A DNA stretch of 64,000 nt from Octopus vulgaris (taxonomy: Eukaryota): positions 8,060,001 through 8,124,000 of the forward strand of contig OX597837.1 in assembly GCA_951406725.2 (NCBI GenBank). Direction: 5' to 3'. This document shows positions 59,356-64,000 of the stretch, piece after piece; within the stretch, counting starts at the first letter, position 1, and each line of letters starts with the position of its first letter. The notes beneath the pieces are model-generated. The model was given only the letters and a program-made list of their open reading frames with translations, was not told where the DNA came from and ran no database searches. The translations under genes and the position numbers were made by a program.

Positions 59356-59894
59356 CAGGCAGTGGCTCTCATGGCTTCTGATCTTAACTGATTGCAAGTG
59401 TTATCATGTACATTGTTTTGTCTTGGTATAAAAGATGGACTACAGCAAATATTCTGCTCACTACAACAGATTTGCTTGTCAGTTGTTTGACCTTAAACAG
59501 TTGAGCATGTCCCTTAGTGGGTGACGATATGTGCATCTCTGATTACGAGCAGAAGTAGTGGGGGAGCATCATAGCCATGTGTTGAGTGGGATTCTTTGGG
59601 GTTTGAATAATTCACCTCTGGAAACATTGGTGGTTCTTTCAACATTCTTAAACAACCCTTATTCAAGGACCTTTTGAGCGGGATGGGCTACTCAACCTGA
59701 AGAAAATTCTAACTGGGCCCCACCTGCAAGGTCATGTGCTGTTTATCTTGATATGAGATCGCCATGTCGCGCACATATGGTTGTGATGCATGTGCCTGGT
59801 GTACCTTTATCAGACGGGTAGTCATGATGGGTATATTGGGCTTCGTATATTTTACCCCAGTGTCACTTTGGTGGCATGCACTGCTCTCTCACTC
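59354..59894 (+). mobile_element. 5'-truncated retroelement 3' end (family E), second copy
   Basis: Matches 58483-58957 and extends about 65 bp further 5'. Confidence 0.8.
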
Positions 59895-59967
<73 letters not shown>

Positions 59968-59968
<1 letters not shown>

Positions 59969-60200
59969 GAGGAAGTGCAAAAAATCGTGTTAACTGGAAC
60001 GGCTCATGTACTGAGAAGAGCATTATCGCTGTGAAAACAACATCCATTCATGAATTTATTTATTCATGAAGTTTTTAAATACATATTTTACCTGTGAATT
60101 TGCGTGTGCAATCTGGGAATGCATACAATGAGCTTCTCTGCCCCAGGTGTACGGAAAACACTCGGCGAGAAACGGAAGAAAATTTGAAGAAAGAAGGAAA
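59968..60200 (+). mobile_element. retroelement 3' end in (TAA)n
   Basis: Terminal CACTCGGCGAGAAACGGAAGAAAATTTGAAGAAAGAAGGAAAA repeated at 61267-61310. Confidence 0.65.
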
Positions 60201-60213
60201 AATAATAATAACG

Positions 60214-60303
<90 letters not shown>

Positions 60304-60321
60304 GTAATAATAATAATAATA

Positions 60322-60452
60322 CCATCCTACGCAGAACACTTTCCATAGAATAACCATCAGAGCATCACAACAAATCACAGCACATACCCAAGGCACACAG
60401 AGCTGTGCTCGGTAGTGAAGTGAAAGCACGCTATAAAAATTAAACTACTGAA
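60322..60452 (+). mobile_element. R4/Dong-clade LINE extreme 3' end
   Basis: Begins ILRRTLSIE*, paralleling ILRKILSM* at 58150; short UTR then (TAA)n. Confidence 0.7.
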
Positions 60453-60459
60453 TAATAAC

Positions 60460-60493
<34 letters not shown>

Positions 60494-60792
60494 TAATGAT
60501 AATAATAATGATAATAATAATAATAATAATAATAATGATAATAATAATAATGATAATAATAATGATAATAATAATAATACTAATAATAACAACAATAATA
60601 ATAATAATAATAATAGCAATAATAATAATAATAATAATAACAATAATAATAATGATGGTAATAATAATAATAATAACAACAACAACAACAATAATAATAA
60701 TAATAACAATAACAATAATAATAATAATAATAACAATAATAATAATAATAATAATAATGGTAATAATAACAATAATAATAATAATAATGATG

Positions 60793-60865
<73 letters not shown>

Positions 60866-60866
<1 letters not shown>

Positions 60867-61171
60867 TCCTACAAAAAATATTGTCTATGTAATCACAAAA
60901 GCAATGTAGTCTGTGAACCTGGTTAAAAGTACTTTTAAACGTACGTAAATAGCATACACCTTTTGCTGTCATCTTGTTATCAAATTACTTTTAGAACAAT
61001 TTTCTAATTTTCTTATGTTTTGACAGACATTCTTTGGAACAATACTCTGCACAAAAACCAAATATATGGCATCCTAGTCATGACACCGGCTTGAACTTCT
61101 GACTTGTCTCTTGAGGCCTCTGGGTGACGCTTGTAGTCAGCTTGTACAAATACAGAGCACAAACCAAACGT

Positions 61172-61173
<2 letters not shown>
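60866..61173 (+). mobile_element. R4/Dong-clade LINE extreme 3' end, diverged relative of 57905-58387
   Basis: LQKILSM* then UTR sharing CCAAATATATGGCA...TTGTCTCTTGAGG(C/T)CTCTGGGTGA...CTTGTACAAATA. Confidence 0.8.
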
Positions 61174-61205
<32 letters not shown>

Positions 61206-61230
61206 TAATAATAATAATAATAATAATAAT

Positions 61231-61432
<202 letters not shown>

Positions 61433-61440
61433 GAATATTA

Positions 61441-61503
<63 letters not shown>

Positions 61504-61519
61504 GTAATAGTAATAGTAA

Positions 61520-61890
61520 TAGCACTCAGAGAGTGCAAACCTTCACCAAGGCAACATCAACGCCCTCTCTACGATTAGCCGGAGACGCTTTTTAAAATGA
61601 GAATATCTGAAATAAACTCGTCTGCTCTCCCAAACGGCAATACTAAAAATGAACCAGACCACTCTCAAAAGTTAAGTAAAAATGAAAAACAGAAAAATCA
61701 AGCCAGAATCCTTGTCCGGTACCGGATCGATCCCAAAATCTAATTAGTTCGTGCCAGTCACGGGGCCAAACATCCCTAAAAGTTTCGTCCGAAAGCATCT
61801 CGTGGTTCTTGAGATATATTGTCCACGGATAAACAAACAAACAAACACGACTGAAAACAATACCTCCGCCTTCGCTAAGGCAATGGTAAT
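61520..61890 (+). mobile_element. Helentron-associated non-autonomous element (HINE/DINE-like)
   Basis: 5' AGCACTCAGAGAGTGCAAACCT, subterminal (ACAA)n, terminal hairpin GCCTT-CGCT-AAGGC; layout typical of such elements. Confidence 0.55.
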
Positions 61891-62004
61891 AAAACAACAT
61901 AAATACTGTTACGTTTATGAATTTGTGTTGCAAGATTCCTGATGTGAAACCTTGTGTTGAAACATATATTGTTACAATTCGGGATGGCCATTGTTTTGCC
62001 AAAT

Positions 62005-62220
62005 ATTCTTTTCTACTCTAAGCACAAGGCCCGAAATTTTGAGGGAGGGGGCCAGTCGATTAGATCGACCCCTGTATGCAACTGGTACTTAATTTCTCGA
62101 CCTCGAAAGGATGAAAGGCAAAGTCGACCTCGGTGGAATTTGAACTCAGACAGTAAAGACAGACGAAATGCCGCTAAGCATTTCGCCCGGCGTGCTAACG
62201 ATTCTGCCAGCTCACCGCCC
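62005..62220 (-). mobile_element. family B SINE with alternative tail
   Basis: Head and core reverse complement at 62075-62220. Confidence 0.85.
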
Positions 62221-63417
62221 TTGTTTTGCCAAATATTACAATTTAAACACCTTTTTCTTAGAATACGATTTGGAACCTCTGCTTATCGTCTCTAGATATT
62301 TAAGAAACAATAAGGAAAACTAAAAACTCAAATTAAGGGCCAAAAAACGTAGGAAGCATACATCTAAAACACTAAGGATCTAAAGCAATCATGACAATCC
62401 CAAACATCTACAGTAAACATTTCTGTGCTGACGTTGTTGCTGTACTTCATCTCTGAATGCAGAAGTCGTGTCTTAGTCGGTGAAGCAGCTCTGCCGGTGC
62501 TCCGACCCCTTCTACTGCGACGCCAAAGCTTCCCAGAGCCACTCATCGATGTGGGCGACAAAACTCCAGGACAAAAACCACGTGCTTTGTTGAGTCAGAT
62601 GTTATGAACTCTTGGCCACATGTTTCTACCATCCTCATTGCTCATTCTTTCTGAACCACTTATACTCTCTCTCTCCCCACCTCTCTCTTTCTTTCCCCCT
62701 CTCTCTTTCTTTCCCTCTCTCTTTCTTTCCTCCTCTCTCTTTCTTTCCCCCTCTCTCTTTCTTTTCCCCTCTCTCTGTCTTTACCCCACTCTCTCTGTCC
62801 AGATGTAATAACTTGCTTTTTGAGTGAGATTTTTCTGACAATTTTTTGGCAACATCTTTTCTCTCCTTCGCAGCTCGTCCAAAAACCCTGAACATTGAAT
62901 GAACCTTGGTTCCAACAAGTCCTCTAGCTTCTATCTCTACAGCAAGACATATCGCCTCCCATCTATAGATTTCACAGAGTTCTGACCCCTATCTAATGAA
63001 ATTCTCCGAATTTAGAATCCAGGCCAAATTCTTACAAACCTAAAACCTAAGTACTATACAAATATAATGCCATCGAATACACACTTCACTATATACACTC
63101 CCAGAAATTTGAGAAGGGTTAAAGCCTAACATTTGTTATCCCCTTCACATATCCTTCTTGAAGTAATAACATCGATTCTGATTAATAAGCTAAACGTTCA
63201 CACCATTCACAAACCTAAAAGCCCATAAAAAAAAAACGTACACGATTACTTCAAGACTGAGAAATTCTTCCACACGTACCATTTAGGCCACCGTCAGAAT
63301 CAGTAAAGGTTCTATTCTCGTTTTGCACTTTTAAGAAATTACTTTACACCTTCAAATTCTGAACTGAATAAAATATAATTTATATCTCAATTATCTTCGC
63401 AACGTAAGTGAAATTAC

Positions 63418-63606
63418 ATTCTTCTTCTTCTTCTTCTTCTTCTTCTTCTTCTTCTTCTTCTTCTTCTTCTTCTTCTTCTTCTTCTTCTTCTTCTTCTTCT
63501 TCTTCTTCTTCTTCTTCTTCTTCTTCTTCTTCTTCTTCTTCTTCTTCTTCTTCTTCTTCTTCTTCTTCTTCTTCTTCTTCTCCTCCTCCTCCTCCTCCTC
63601 CTCCTT
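63418..63606. repeat. perfect (CTT)n then (CCT)n
   Basis: Direct inspection. Confidence 0.97.
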
Positions 63607-63796
63607 CTCTCTCGTTTTGTATTGATTCACCTTTATTTCAGAAACAATTTCCAATACCTCTGCTATGTTGCAATTAAGAGTAACGGGGGCTGTACACCTT
63701 ACCAAACCTTATCCAATTTACATACTAAATACTAAATTTATTATTAAGTCCAATTTTCTAAGGAAATATAATTTTCTTCATCCGGATAATAACAAA

Positions 63797-63985
63797 TAAC
63801 ATTCTGTTGTGTCTCGGGAGAGTCATATTCTTTTTGTGCCTTATAATTTAACACACTCACCGGTAAAATTTCCACTTATTTCTTATTTTTCGTTGCGTCT
63901 TGCAACCTTTTCAATAGTCTTGACTCTCAAGACTACTGAATAGGTTGCAAGACGCAAGGAAAATTTTAGGAAAATAAAAATAAGA
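63797..63985. mobile_element. Penelope-like fragment with hairpin (37-bp arms) and variant hammerhead motif
   Basis: 63887-63923 and 63927-63963 are inverted repeats with 3 mismatches; GTTGC-aagac-GCAAC-GAAA stem II/box. Confidence 0.55.
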
Positions 63986-64000
63986 TATAAAAAATAAATG

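Overview
Eukaryotic, AT-rich, microsatellite-saturated non-coding DNA. The SINE repertoire points to an Octopus (coleoid cephalopod) genome; this is inferred from recognising repeat families. No intact protein-coding gene can be supported, and almost all ORFs in the track are translations of (TA)n, (CA)n, (TACA)n, (TATC)n, (TAA)n, (CAT)n and (CAA)n tracts. The recognisable content is a transposon record: about 25 copies of three tRNA-derived SINE families, decayed DD37D (maT) and mariner transposase pieces, a Helitron 3' end with Pif1 helicase remnant, a Gypsy RT-connection/RNase H remnant with nested MITE and SINE, and R4/Dong-clade LINE 3' ends. The most interesting signals are (i) minimal type-I hammerhead-ribozyme motifs from about five unrelated short Penelope-like elements, one fully canonical (17450-17547, minus strand), several in fold-back configuration and some with non-canonical cores; (ii) a ~4 kb (TAA)n 'landing pad' with at least 7 co-oriented, 5'-truncated LINE 3' ends; (iii) a candidate TCF/Helper Wnt-response element; and (iv) a possible signal-peptide first exon broken by a homopolymer indel.
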